DNA of 64,000 nt from Felis catus (lineage: Eukaryota). Each line of letters opens with the position of its first letter. The stretch's first letter is position 1. The position numbers and the translations under genes are program-made. Under the pieces are notes generated by a model. That model had not been told where the DNA came from, did not search any database, and saw only the letters and a program-made list of their open reading frames with translations. Of the stretch, positions 36,861 to 49,692 are shown piece after piece. Where the stretch lies: the NCBI RefSeq assembly GCF_018350175.1, contig NC_058373.1, positions 106,518,001 to 106,582,000 of the forward strand. Direction: 5' to 3'.

Positions 36861-39679
36861 ATTGTTTCAAATTATTCTAAAGGGAATGTTTTTAGTGTCT
36901 CTTCAAGATGATTCTGATCAATAATAAACATTGGTTTGCCTAAAGCCCAACTGATAATGCCAGCATTCCAACTACCACTAGTGGAATATGTTTTTACACA
37001 GTTATAGGAAGTTGGACTTTGAAAATTAAATTATATTAGAAATAAGGATGCATTTAACACTGCACCTGAGCATACATATATAAAGCATGAATGCTCTCAA
37101 GACTTGAAGTAGCTGCTCTAACAAGAACAAAAACGTGAAATAATTTCAAGTTGAAGAAACACCATAAAAATCAATGAATGCAGAGCCACAGGCAATGATG
37201 CCCCTGCTTGGTTAGGAAATGCTAGGAAACAGCAGTGCTGGCTGACCAGCTGGGCCCGCCGCCAAGAGTGCCAATGTGAAAGAGCATTGGGAAGATGGAT
37301 ACATGCTGACTAAGAGTTATTTTGGTTGTGTAAAAATGAATTTCTTCCTATATGTTGTGTAGAACAGGGTAGCACTGAGTCCTTGGATGTCTTTTTTCTC
37401 ACTGATTTATATGGACATTTTATAGCAGTGACTAGCACATAGTAGGTACTTAATATATGATGTCTGTATAAATGAAGGAAGAAGTGTGGAGTCCCAGTAG
37501 AAGACACATTGGGGATCCTTTGGACTAAGCAGGGTCACCTCCTTCAAGGGACACTGCTCCTCCTTCCCAACTCTGAGATGTCTCCACCAGGCACCTTGAG
37601 ATCTTGTAATATACTGGGTCCTGGCTTTGACCAATATTTGCCTTATGGAAATGGACTGGCTTAGATTTAAGCTTTCAATCCCTGCTTGTCCTGGTTTCTC
37701 CCTCAGATGTGGCTTCAATTCTGGTGACTTGCCCTTTCCTAGTTTCATTTCATCTTGCTTTTACTTTGCATGTCTCCACCCACTTCCCAGTTAAACCCAA
37801 GTCATTGGTTTTCACTTCTTGGCTTTCTGCTCTCTACTTCTATCACCCATGGGATAGAGGCTTTTATGCAACTCTGGTACCTGAAAGCTCTGAAGTTAAC
37901 CTCATGGGTTCTGTCAGTAGTACCTACTCTGCCCATTACCCCCCAAATATGCATGGAAGAATACCACCCCCAGCTCAAGGCCACGTTGAAGGCCATTGAA
38001 TTCCTAAATATCTTGAAAACTGAAGTCCATCACCTAATTCTCTTATTTCTCCTAAAATCTTTCTCCTTAGCCTTCCAAATACCTTTGAAAGAAACAAGAA
38101 TCTGTCCAGCCTCTTGGCATGGCTTTAGTTTTAGCTAAAATCTTTAACCTATAAACTTAAGCACAGCTACCTTAAAGTTTAGACTTCCTCATAAACCTCC
38201 AATCCAAGAGGGTTAGAGATAAAAGCCTCTAGTGATAATAATTACAGTTTCCTGCTTGACTATTTTGGATAATCCATAGCTTAATTGTGGTGGATTTTGA
38301 AGGATGCCTAAATGTGGTTGACTGGGTCTGGAAGTTTCAATGGTAATCACCAGAGCTATGTCTTAGTCTTGGCCTAGATCGCTAATTTCATTTAGTTTAC
38401 TCAGTTTGGTCTGGAATAAAGCCATTCTAAATGAGTTTCAGGAAGTTCTCAATAGTCAGTCCATTTGGGTCACCGAAGTGGAAATAGTTGTGACTCTGTG
38501 CAGATTACTGTGCCTACTGATGAAACTGATTCAATGCCCCCCTTAAATACCAGCTCAGGTATCTTCACTATTCTCAAACTTGGTGGCTTCCTTAAGGATC
38601 ATCTTAAACTGAGGCACTTAAGCTAACCTGACTCCAACGTTCTCTTCCTCTTTGCACTTGGGCAGGTGAGGCACTATGCCATTTACAAGCCCCCAGTGGA
38701 GAGAGAGTGGAAAACAATCAACTCTGGAGTAATGAGGCCCTTATTAAAGGATGAATATTATCATGGAACAATCCCAGAACCTACATCTGTCAATCTACAT
38801 CCTTCAAAGGCTCTACCAAGTTAAGTGGTTTCAGGAACTATAAACTTTGCCTGATAACTAGAGACCACATCTATTTTTATACAATGTTGTCCCCAGTATT
38901 ACTATATTAAAAATAGTCCATGGAGCTCCATGCCCATTGCATTCTATGTGAATGACACCTTCAGAAACCAAATAGTGCTGCAGCCTTTTTTGCCCCACTG
39001 AAATTGAAACCATTGATAGCCAACTTGAGAAACCAGCTACTCATGGTAACTGTTCAACTTTACTAAAAAACTCTAACCCTTAATGTAATATATATCCCTC
39101 TTTTCCCTATAGGTCTCAGAATTTGTGGTCCACCTTAGACTTAGCACTTTGCTCCCCTAGAGAGGTCTATGGTTTTCTTGGACTCTGTCCAGAAACCAGC
39201 AGCCAAGCAAAGCCTGCTTGAGATATGCTAGAAGCATCAATACTTCCAGTGAACTTGTAGTTCTATGGAAGCTGCCATCTTGGTGCTGGGAGCCCTGGTT
39301 CTAATGGGCTATGTTCATCCCTCCCAGAATACAGATGTAGGGACTCTGAGACAGATACCTGCCTAATGCACGTACATCATTGATGTCTTAAGGGGAGATG
39401 ATTCCAGAGAACTGACATTTACAGTATCATATTCTGATTAATATGTATATATTATATATATATATTATAATATATAATATATATATATCTACACCCATAT
39501 TTCTCCATCCTGACTTCCAAGCTTACCAGACTGCTTAAGGAAAACAAGCCAAGCATCATAAAAGACCCAAAAGGATTTGAAAATCACAAAGATGATATAC
39601 CCTATATCTATTCTAGTATACCCAGACTATCAGGGTCTTTCCTCCCCCAAGCAAATGTTCTGAACACACCATGGAGAAA

Positions 39680-39866
39680 TATTTCCCAAAGTATGCTCTA
39701 GAGACTAACTACATCAGAATCACTTGATATTTTTACTTAACATGCTTAATCCTAGGCCCTACCCCAGACCTACTGAGTCAGAGTCACTGGAAACAGGCTC
39801 AGAAATATGCAATTTAAATAAGCCCCTGAAGTTATTCTTATATCCACAAAATCTGAAAACTATAGC
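39680..39866. mobile_element. MER5A-like hAT MITE
   Basis: catcagaatcacttg...ccccagacctactgagtcagagtc pattern. Confidence 0.65.
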
Positions 39867-40428
39867 TGTAGCAGCATCCTTCTTAACTCAGCCCTGAGTC
39901 ATCATTTTCAAAAATCTATTCTGCAAGTTTACCACTCTCCATCCCCTGCCCCAACCATCCACCCAAAGTTACATAATATGGGAGAGGAAGTTCTTGACCA
40001 CTAAAGCAGCATAAAGCCCAAAAGAATTATTTGGAAATAGACCACGTTTCCAATAATGACAAAAACAGGCTGTTTCAACCAAGATCAACATTCAAGTGTC
40101 TAAAGATTAAGCCAAAGTTCCATTCACTGGTTTTCAGTCCCTTCTGGTGCCAAGGTCAGGCCAGGTTAAACAAGGACTAGAGCAAACCATGGCCAAGGTG
40201 TAGTCAAGTAGGTCAAGAAGAAGTGTTGGTAGCCAGGAACCCAGAAAGACTGGTGGAGCTGAGAGCATTAAATACTGGCAAGTAGCTGGAAGAAATGTGG
40301 TTGCATATTTAAAGTAAGGTATAGTGCTAGAAGAGCTAAGACAGAGGGGGCGAGGAGATACTGAACACAGTTATGGCAGGAAGATATCCCTGACAAATAC
40401 CCAGCAGAATTCAAAAAACAAGCTAATC

Positions 40429-40430
40429 GA

Positions 40431-40478
<48 letters not shown>

Positions 40479-40500
40479 ATACAAAAGAAAAGAAAAAAGA
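40429..40500. repeat. (GAAA)n tetranucleotide microsatellite
   Basis: Read directly. Confidence 0.95.
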
Positions 40501-41093
40501 AACAGGCTATTCTAATAAAGGCCATGTTACCAGACACATCAAACCAATGTAAGACAGGCAGTCACATGACATTGGTCAGAGGAGAGCAATTTATATTTTA
40601 GGAGTCCTGTATTACAGCTTTTAACCTAGTCAGCTCTAATTTCTCACAAAATGAGAAAGGTTTCTAGTAGCTAAGTGCATGCCATGATTTACAAGCTGCC
40701 TTCTATTCAAGGTACCCACTATATTAAGCCAGGCTAGAAGCCAAATCCAAACTTATGCAGAAGAAAAAGTTTATAAGTTCATGTCACTGAAAGGTCCCTA
40801 AGCAGTCTTGCTTTAGGCTCAGCTGGATCAAGATGATCATCAGGGATGAGGATTTATCTTTATCTATCAGACAGAAATTCTCCCTGTAGTAGTTGAAATG
40901 ACCTTTGGCAGATCATGACATCCATCCCACTAACATCCGTCCCACTAACTTAGTCCAGCCAGGAGCAATAGCATTGTCTTTACTGATAGCTTTGAGAAGA
41001 ATGTCCCTCATGAGGACTTCCATCAGCCTCACTTGTGATACGTGCAGTGCGTTAAGGGGGGGGGGGGGGCGGTTGGTTGTACTGTGGGACACA

Positions 41094-41208
41094 GTGACCA
41101 ACACATCCCAGTTTGCCTGGAATTCTTCCAGTTTTAAAGCTGAAAAAAAAAAAAATCTATGTCCTGGGGAATCCCCTCGGTTCCAGGCAAACCAGGAAAA
41201 CTGGTCAC
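41094..41208. mobile_element. MER96-like hAT MITE
   Basis: Terminal inverted repeats GTGACCA / TGGTCAC and internal inverted tttgcctggaa / ttccaggcaaa. Confidence 0.6.
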
Positions 41209-42144
41209 CTTACTTTCTTCCCCACAGGAAAGAGCACTTCTGTTACAAGATGAAGAGGAAGAGGGGCTGAAGTAGGGGGAATAGTCACTTCACTCAGGCT
41301 GGATCCATCTGGTATCTGGGTAGAATCATGGTAAAAGCCTCCACCCCTTCTCTATGACCACACTGGGGCAGGTTGTCTTTTGGATCAGGCTGGGCCAGTG
41401 TGACTGGCCCAGGCTACCACCTCAAAGGATTTCATCCCTCACTAGGCTCAACCAGGCCCTGAAATTTCTCTCTCAATATTCTTTGCACCCTCTCCGGGTC
41501 CTTAATTGTTCCTAATTCCTGACCTCGATCTGATTCTCCTCTCTGGTGACCTGGTGGCTCGCTCTTTGGCTTTCATGCTTGGGTTCACCCTGGTTTCTGG
41601 CTTCTGGCTTCCGTGTCTCTGTACCTCGTGCTAACTCTGATCTGCGTGCTCCTCTGAAGCCACAGCTGCATCTTGCTTGGATGGGCCTTTTGTTCTTTCA
41701 GTAGGGTCTTTGCAGTCTATCTGCAGCTAAGGTGTGCCAAAGCCTTCCTAGTCATACAGTTCACCACTGCCCCCACCTGTTTCCAGGTGGAATTCAGCAT
41801 GGCTGTCCATCAAAATCCATGCTACATTGTGAGATTGAGACTTAATCTTTATAGTCACAGCTGTTAGCTCTTTAACCGCATCCCACACTTGCAGGCACTT
41901 GTCCTTTCAGTTCTCCAGTGCGGGTACTTGTATTCCCATTTCACAAATGGGAACACTGAGGCTTAGAGGAGTGAAGTAACTCATCTACATTCATAAAGTC
42001 AGTCAATTCTGAAGTTAGAATTCAGAACCTTGAGCTATTTCTACTGTGCCATGCTGACTCTGCCAGGCAATATGATGGTGCTAACTGCTTTAAAAGGTAA
42101 GATCACAAGTGACAACTTCTGAAGACATGTTTTTAAGGTGGTCT

Positions 42145-42255
42145 TCAAGCCCAGCTCAGAGACCAACACAGGGCTTGCACTCATGACCCCATGATCAGAA
42201 CCTGAGCTGAGATCAAAAGTTGGAGGCCTAACCAACTGAGCCATCCAGGCACCCC
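42145..42255 (-). mobile_element. Partial CanSINE (head only)
   Basis: Reverse tRNA-like head, no (CT)n tail. Confidence 0.8.
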
Positions 42256-42540
42256 TTCTAAAGACTTTTTAAAGTTCTGCTCAATATGTATATATACCCT
42301 CATATTATGTCAATAATGTCAACACTGAATAATGTCAAACACATATGTGGAATTTTTCAGAATTTTGAAGCTTATCTTGACCTCTACAAGCTAAATAGTG
42401 AAGAAATTATTTTAAAAGATATTTAAAACTTGTGTCCCCATGACTAATGGAGTAACTTCTAGGCCTAGAATTATAAACTTCTTTACTCTCAATTATGAAT
42501 ATTAAACCTTTTTTATTCATACACCAAATGTTGTTCAAGA

Positions 42541-42985
42541 CCAATGGTTCACAATATGTGGCCAATGACTTTCAAGATTTGTGAAGTCAAAACCAGTTTC
42601 ATAATATTACTCTGTAATACTCCCATTCTCTCATGAGTGTATGAAGCTCCGTGAACTGAGATTTTGCAACAGCTGACTACAAAAGCAGATGTAAGAATCA
42701 AAACATATGCTCTTAGGTCAGACACTAAAGGACTTTCAAAACATGTAAAACAATGCTGTTTCTCATTAAAGTTTTTCTTTCAGAAACTACAATTATTTGT
42801 ATAAACATGCTTTTTATGTTAACGTAATTATTTATTCTTTTTAAAATAAACATGCTTTGAATTTCTGAGTTTTAATTCCTAATATGGTAAGTCTCAGTTA
42901 GTATAACTCACACAAACAAAAGCTTTTGGGCGTCCTCAATAATTTTTAAGAGTATAAAGGAGACCAAAACCTTGAGAATACTTGT
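42541..42985. mobile_element. hAT-Charlie-type non-autonomous DNA transposon
   Basis: caatggttcacaa...ttgagaatacttg termini and Charlie-like interior; assigned by eye. Confidence 0.5.
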
Positions 42986-44134
42986 TCTAATCAAGAGATT
43001 TTTGTAATGAAATTTTAAATTTAAAGCCCTCCCTTGTAGATATGCTTTGATAGTCTAGAACACTGGGAAAGATTGAGATTTTCTACAAATTAGGACAGTG
43101 TGTTGTTATTATAAAAAAAAAAAAAAAGGAAACATGATAAGCTTATAATTTGAAGTACCTGTCAGTTACTCATTACAGCTGTTCATCAATGTCTAGGGTG
43201 ACTCTCATTTGAGTCCCTGTATTTCTGGCTCATATAGCACTCCTAATGCTTAGCAACTCACTTAAACTGAACTTAGAAATAAAACCAAAGGGAAGAAGAT
43301 TAGTGACAAAAATCTAAGAATATTTTGAAAATCCTTGAAGAAATGAACATTTTTTTTCTTCAAATGGAATATCCAGTTGGAAAATTCTTAAGGGCAATCT
43401 AAAGAATTGAGGCATTCAAAACAATGATTGCAGATGAATTAAGTAATCGCTTCAACTAATGAGAAGTAAAAGTGATTACGTGAAGAATTAAAAATATAAA
43501 GTGTACCCGAGGGAAGGAGAAATGTCTAGGACTGTGAAACACAAAGATCTCACCTGCAAGCATCTCAGTTATTCTCTCGTGTCCCTTCTCTCATCTACAA
43601 CTTAGGGGCTTATATCTTTTCCAGTTTATTTTCCCTCTTTGAACCCAGTTGAGAGGCTGCTGAAATAGTTGTAAATGAGAATTGCAATCATGATTAAACT
43701 TAAGAGTTTGATGTGATTTCTTTAAAATCACCACTTTTACTCAAGTATCTTTTTAACTCAACCAACTTACGTTAGTAAAAGAATATTGGCAACATTCCTG
43801 GGGTCTCTATAATGAGGAAGAGTGCTCCTTTATTTCACAACACACACTTGTCAAGTAACCACCATGTGGCAAGTGTACTTCTAAGACCTGAAGACAGAGA
43901 CTGAGAGAAGGACCCTGCTGCCTGAGAGTGGCCCAGTCTAGCAAAGAAATAACAGTGAGGCTCCAACTGACATAGTGAATCTCTCCCATTTATTTGATTG
44001 TATGACATTTTACTTCCCTTCATTGTTTCCTCTGTCCTTCCTCTTCTCGAACAATCCCAAACTGTCTGTCTACTAATGCATTCACTTACTAAATTAAAAA
44101 CAAATGAACTCATTTTAAGAATTTTACTGTATCT

Positions 44135-44342
44135 GGGTGCCAGGGTGGCTCAGTTGGTTAAGCCTCCTACTTTGGCTCAGGTCATGATTTCCTGGTTCGT
44201 GAGTTCCAGCCCCGTGTAGGCTCTGTGCTGACTGTTCCAAGCCTGGAGCCTGCTTCAGATTCTGTGTCTCCCTCTCTCTGTGCCCCTCCCCTGCTCGCAC
44301 TCTGTCTTTCTCTCTCAAAAATAAAATAAACATTAAGAAAAA
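44135..44342 (+). mobile_element. CanSINE
   Basis: Head, (CT)n, A tail. Confidence 0.92.
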
Positions 44343-44589
44343 GACAATCTCTTCAGAAACCCATTGAGTTTTCAAAGACCCTCTTGAAACAAAGATTACT
44401 AGTTTCCCCTCCTTCCCCATTTCCTTTTCTTCTGTAGTAAAAGAACGTTCAATTTTAAGCTAGACATAGGGCTAACTTGAATTTACAGTAAAATTTCCAG
44501 TCTCTCTTGCAGTTATCTGTAGACTTGTGACTAAGTTGACGGTATATGATTCTTATATAAAACTTCTCCTTCTCTCTCCTCCTATCTGC

Positions 44590-44825
44590 TGGCTGGCAAG
44601 CAGACGTGAAGACTGGAGATGAGGCAAGCATCCTAGACCATGAGGCAACCCTGTTAATAAAGGCCATACACAGCAGAGAAACAAGGTGAAAAAGCTGGGT
44701 CCTGACACCTTACTAACCCTAGACCATTATCTCCAAACTTTGTATAAGAGAGAAATAAATTTCTTTCTTTATAAAGCTATGATTATTTTGTGCTTTCTTT
44801 CAGTGAAGCCAAGCCTAAGTTTAGT
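44590..44825 (+). mobile_element. MLT1-type (ERVL-MaLR) LTR fragment
   Basis: gagagaaataaatttctttctt...aagc MaLR-like 3' end; assigned by eye. Confidence 0.5.
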
Positions 44826-45077
44826 ATGCATCCAAATTCTAAATGAAAACATTAAAAACAATCATTTAGAACTACACAATTGAATATAGTAGCCACAATT
44901 CACAGGCACTTAAAATGTGGCTGGTCTGAGTTCAGAAAAGATAAAATATACTCTGAATTTTGAAATTTTCATATGAAAAGAATAAAAATAGCCATTAATG
45001 ACTTTTTCTATTACATGTTGAAATGAAAATATTTTTATATTTTGGGTAAAAAAATCATTAAACTTGATTTCACCTTC

Positions 45078-46170
45078 ACAGGAAAGGAAGCCATCAACAA
45101 AATAAGTCAACTTATTGAATGAAAGAAAATATTTGTAAACCATATATCTGATAAGGGGTTAATATACAAAATATTTAAAGTACTCGTTCAACTGAATAGA
45201 AAAAAATCCCCAAACAATCCAATTAAAAAACTAAAAACTGGCAGAGGACTTGAATAGATATTTTCCCAAAAGAGACATACAGATGGCTAACAATCACATG
45301 AAAAGTTGCTTAACATAATTAATCATCACACAAATGCAAATCCAAACCACAAGATATATCACTGCACACCTGTCAGAAAGACTATTACCAAAAAGATGAG
45401 AAATAACAAGTGTTGGTGACGATGTGGAGAAAAAGGAATCCTCATGCACTGTTGGTAGAAATGTAAATTGGTACAGCCACTGTGGAAAACGGTATAGAGG
45501 TTCATCAAAAAAATTAAAAGTAGAACTACTATATGATCCATCAATTCCACCTCTGTGTATTTATTCAAAGAAAATGAAAATACTAACTCGAAACATTATT
45601 TACAGCAGCCAAACTATGGAAACAATCTAAATGTCTATTGACAGATGAATGGATAAAAAATATGTTGGCCAAAATATACATTCAGCCATTTAAAAAAATG
45701 AAATCTTGCCATTTGTGACAACACGGATGGAGTTTGAGGGCATCACGCTAAGTGCAATAAGTCAGAGGAAGACAAATGCTGTATGAGCTCATTTATATAC
45801 AGAATGCAAAAACAAAGCAAAACAAACAAACAAGCTCATGAATATAGAAAACAGATTGGAGGTTGCCAGAGATTGGGGTTGGGCCTTGGGCAAATTAGGT
45901 AAAGAGAACCAAAGGTACAGATTTCCAGTTATAATGAGGATGCAATATACAGCATCATGACTATAGTTAATAACACTGTATTGCATATTTGAAAATGGCT
46001 AAGACAGTAAATCTTAAAAGTTCTCCTCACAAGAAAAAAAAACAATTCTGTAACTTACATGATGATGGATATTAACTAGATTTATTATGGTGATCATGTT
46101 GCAATATATACAAATATCAAATTTGCATACCTGAAACAAATATAATGTAGTATGCCAATTATACTTAAAT
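45078..46170 (+). mobile_element. L1 3' fragment inserted in a MER33-like MITE
   Basis: L1 ORF2 end and 3' UTR; flanked by the two halves of a hAT MITE. Confidence 0.85.
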
Positions 46171-46189
46171 TTTTTTTGTAATGCAAGAA

Positions 46190-46409
46190 ATAGTTTTTTA
46201 CTTAAAGTTTATTTATTTTGAGAAAGAGAGAGAGAGAGAGCGGATGAGCTGAGGAGGGGCAGAGAGAGAGGAGGAGAGAGAATCCCAAGCAAGCTCCCCA
46301 CTGTCAGTGCAGAGCCCCACGCAGGGCTTGAACCCCCAAACTGCAAGATCCAGACCTGAGCCAAAATCAAGAGTCGGTCATTCAAATGACTGAGCCACCC
46401 AGGTGCCCC
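46190..46409 (-). mobile_element. CanSINE
   Basis: Reverse SINE. Confidence 0.92.
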
Positions 46410-46419
46410 AGAAAGTTTA

Positions 46420-46600
46420 TTTTTTACTTTTTTTTCTTCTCAAATTTTTATTTAAGTTCTAGTCAGTTGGCATACAGCGCAATATTGGTTTCGGGAGTAG
46501 AATTCAGTGATTCATCACTTGCATACAACACCTAGTGCTCATCACAAATGTTCTCCTTAGTCCCTATCACCCACCTAGCTCGTCCCCCATTCACCTCCCT
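46420..46600 (-). mobile_element. Short L1 3' end (carnivore type)
   Basis: Reverse of the L1 3' terminus seen at ~830-920. Confidence 0.75.
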
Positions 46601-46779
46601 ATTATACCTCAATCTTTTTAAAAAAGACTTTTCTGATGATAATGTGATTTTTAAAATATCGTAAAAAATTAATTTCACCTGTTTCTTTTTACTTTTTTAA
46701 TATGCCTAATAGAACATTTAAAATTACATATATAGCCCACATTTTATTTCTATTGAACAGAACTGATCTAAAATATGGA

Positions 46780-47010
46780 CTTTTTAAAATGTTTATTTAT
46801 TTTGAGAAAGAGAATGAGAGAGTGCATGTGAGAGGGAAGGGCAGGGAGTGAGGAGAGAGAGAATCCCAAGCACGCTCTCTCTCCTGAGAGAGAATCCCAA
46901 GCAGCACAGAGGCTCGCTTGGGGCTTGATCTCACAAACCGAACCGTGATATCATGACCTAAGCAGAAACTAAGAGTCAGACTCTCAACTTACTGACCCAT
47001 CAGACACCCC
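46780..47010 (-). mobile_element. CanSINE with internal duplication
   Basis: Reverse SINE; flanking repeat atatggactttt/gtatggactttt. Confidence 0.88.
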
Positions 47011-47139
47011 TACAGTATGGACTTTTAAATATTGGAATAATTAGCTATCTTTATTGAAGATCAAAAAAGACAAAGATAACAGGGTCTGTAGCATTTCAGG
47101 TTTAGATCAGGTATGGGGTACATGTCCAGCCAATAGAGA

Positions 47140-47352
47140 TTTTTTTTTAATTTTTTTAACTTTATTCATTTTGAGAGAGAGAGAGAGAGCGAGCAGGAGT
47201 AGGGCAGAGAGAGGGGGAGAGAGAGAATCGCAAGCAGGCTCCGTGCTGTCAGTACAAAGGCTGATGCAGGGTTCAAACTCACAAATGATGAGATCATGAC
47301 CTGAGCCGAAATCAAGCGTCAGTTGCTTGACAGACTGAGCCACTCAGGCGCC
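47140..47352 (-). mobile_element. CanSINE
   Basis: Reverse SINE; TSD agagattttt. Confidence 0.92.
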
Positions 47353-48381
47353 ACAGAGATTTTTAAAATAAGAATGAAAGACTGCTAATATATCTTTCAA
47401 AGAAAAAATATCTGGGATGATTTTAAATGTGATTATGCATTAAAACAAAAGGTGAATTAAATGCTTAGTCTTCTAAGCACAATAATTTAAAAACTTGGTA
47501 ACTGACACAAAACCTGGTACCTTAGGTAAAATTCTTCTGTTTATTTATGAATACATATATACAAATGAAAATACACATGAGACATTCGCACTATATACGT
47601 GCTAGCTTTTATTATATGTTACTAATGTTTTCAAGGGCATGAATGCCTTTCTTATTTTTGATGTCCTGGATATGATTTAAGTGGGTCATTTAAAGTTACT
47701 AATTACAGTCTAATGTTCTGCTTGGTGGAGTTCATCTTGTGTTTGCACAATTAAAATTCTGCTTCTACTCGGGTGTTGGACTTGCAGGTTGGCTCATGCA
47801 ATGATCATTCTGGCAGAGCTAGCAAAATGGTGCTGGCCACAACTAGTAATTGTCTTAGAGTTCCCTGTTTAATAACAGTGCTACATCCCTTTCCCAAGAC
47901 CTCTTGTCAGGTGCATAGATGTGCACATTAGCCATGCTTTATAAAGCAAATCAAGTGTTTCCGTGTAGGCTGGCTCTAGATCCTACAGATACTATCATTT
48001 CTGTGTGCGTGTGGCTAGGAGGTAGATCTATAGTAACTGTACAGCACACTTTCACTTTCCTAAAATGGAAAAAGAGCTCTTTATTCTGACTTGTAGAATA
48101 TTCTGTCTTTTTCAGGGTCAATATGCATTTTAAATTTCAAACATTTGGATTATACAAAAATACACTTAAACCAGACTATAGAATCAGGCTTTTGAAGGCA
48201 AAAACCCTTTCTTTCCCTCTCAAGCTTCAAACCAACTGGGAAACAGACATGAGACATATACATAGAGCTCAAAATATCAACTTTAATACTGGAAATTCCA
48301 TTGGGAAAAATGACTGCATATCTGTACAGAAAAGGACCCACTAACATTCCGTCTTCTCACTAGATCTTGCAACAGTCCACC

Positions 48382-49692
48382 TGAGGGAAAGTTTGGTTCA
48401 ATGTAGAAGATTCATTTAGTGAACCCCACTAGTCTGGGGTATAGACAGATGAAAACAGGAGTAAATCCCCAGTGTTTTTAATCCTGTTGTAGATTAGCTT
48501 CACGAAATCAAGAAATGTGAGACAACGGTCAGGAGGTGGGGGGGGGGGTGTCTCACAGATGATCTGTTACTTTCTCAAGTATTTTGTTATAAAATTTTAC
48601 AGATAGAAAAAATTTCAATAAATCTCTACAGAGTCAAAGTAGCACTGGTTTGGGGTATATAAGGTAATACTTAACAACACGCTGTGATATATAGATTGTG
48701 AAGACATCTTCTTTACCCATTCATCTGTCAATAGACACTGGGGTTGCTTCCAAGTATATACACATCATTCAGCCATACAAAAGAATGAAATCTTGCCATT
48801 TGCAACAATATGGATGAACCTAGAGTGTATTATGCTAGGTGAAAAAGCCAGACAGAAAGATAAATACCACACCATTTCACTTAAATGTGGAATCTAAAAA
48901 ACAAAACAACACAAAACAAATGAACAAACAAAACAGAAATAGATCCATATGTACAAAAAGCAAAATGATGGTTGCTGGAGGGGAGGGAAGTGGGGGGTTG
49001 GATGAAGTAGGTAACGAGGATTAAGAAAGAGGTACAAACTTCCAGTAATAAAATAGTCATGGGGATGAAAAGTGCAGCATAGGGAATATAGTGAGTAATA
49101 TTATGATAACTTTGGTGACAGGTGGTAACTACTCTTGTATACAATTGTTGAACTACTGTTGTACATCTACCTGAAACTAATACAATATTGTATGTTAATT
49201 ATACTTCAATTAAAACAAAAGAGTGTTTGTCAATTGCACCCTTGTGTCCCAGTTTCTGTGGGAGGGTAAAAAACAACTTTGCCTTGCTCCCAAACTACCT
49301 TCTGTCATGAAGACATTAGTCAAAAAGAGTTCATTTTTCCTTTGGATAAAGTAATTAGCTAACACAGAGGGTCATCCCAGTTACCAGGTGAACTTAGGAT
49401 GAACTGAATGTCAATCCCAAAGTTGTGACAAATGGTGCTGTCAAATCCTCTTATTTGAGAACTAGTTATTATTTGAGAACATGCATGGGATAGGTTGTAT
49501 CTGCTTGCTATACCAAGGGTAAGTTTTCTTTTTGTCTGCAGTCTCTTTAGGGGATTGTCTGTGACGCCCATCATATTCTGCTTTAATGTGTAATTTTTTC
49601 AGTAATAAAATTGATTTTCTTTTCCTTCTACTTTTGTGGAGAGGCGTTTTGTGTTGTCAGGAGATCTGAGTTTTAATTATATTTCCCCAACA
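48382..49692 (+). mobile_element. ERV solo-LTR remnant interrupted by the inverted L1
   Basis: AATAAA at ~49604 and an LTR-like terminus ttaattatatttccccaaca; 5' boundary uncertain. Confidence 0.45.
48704..49220 (+). mobile_element. 5'-inverted, truncated L1
   Basis: 48704-48752 is reverse-complement L1 sequence abutting the sense L1 3' UTR. Confidence 0.8.
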
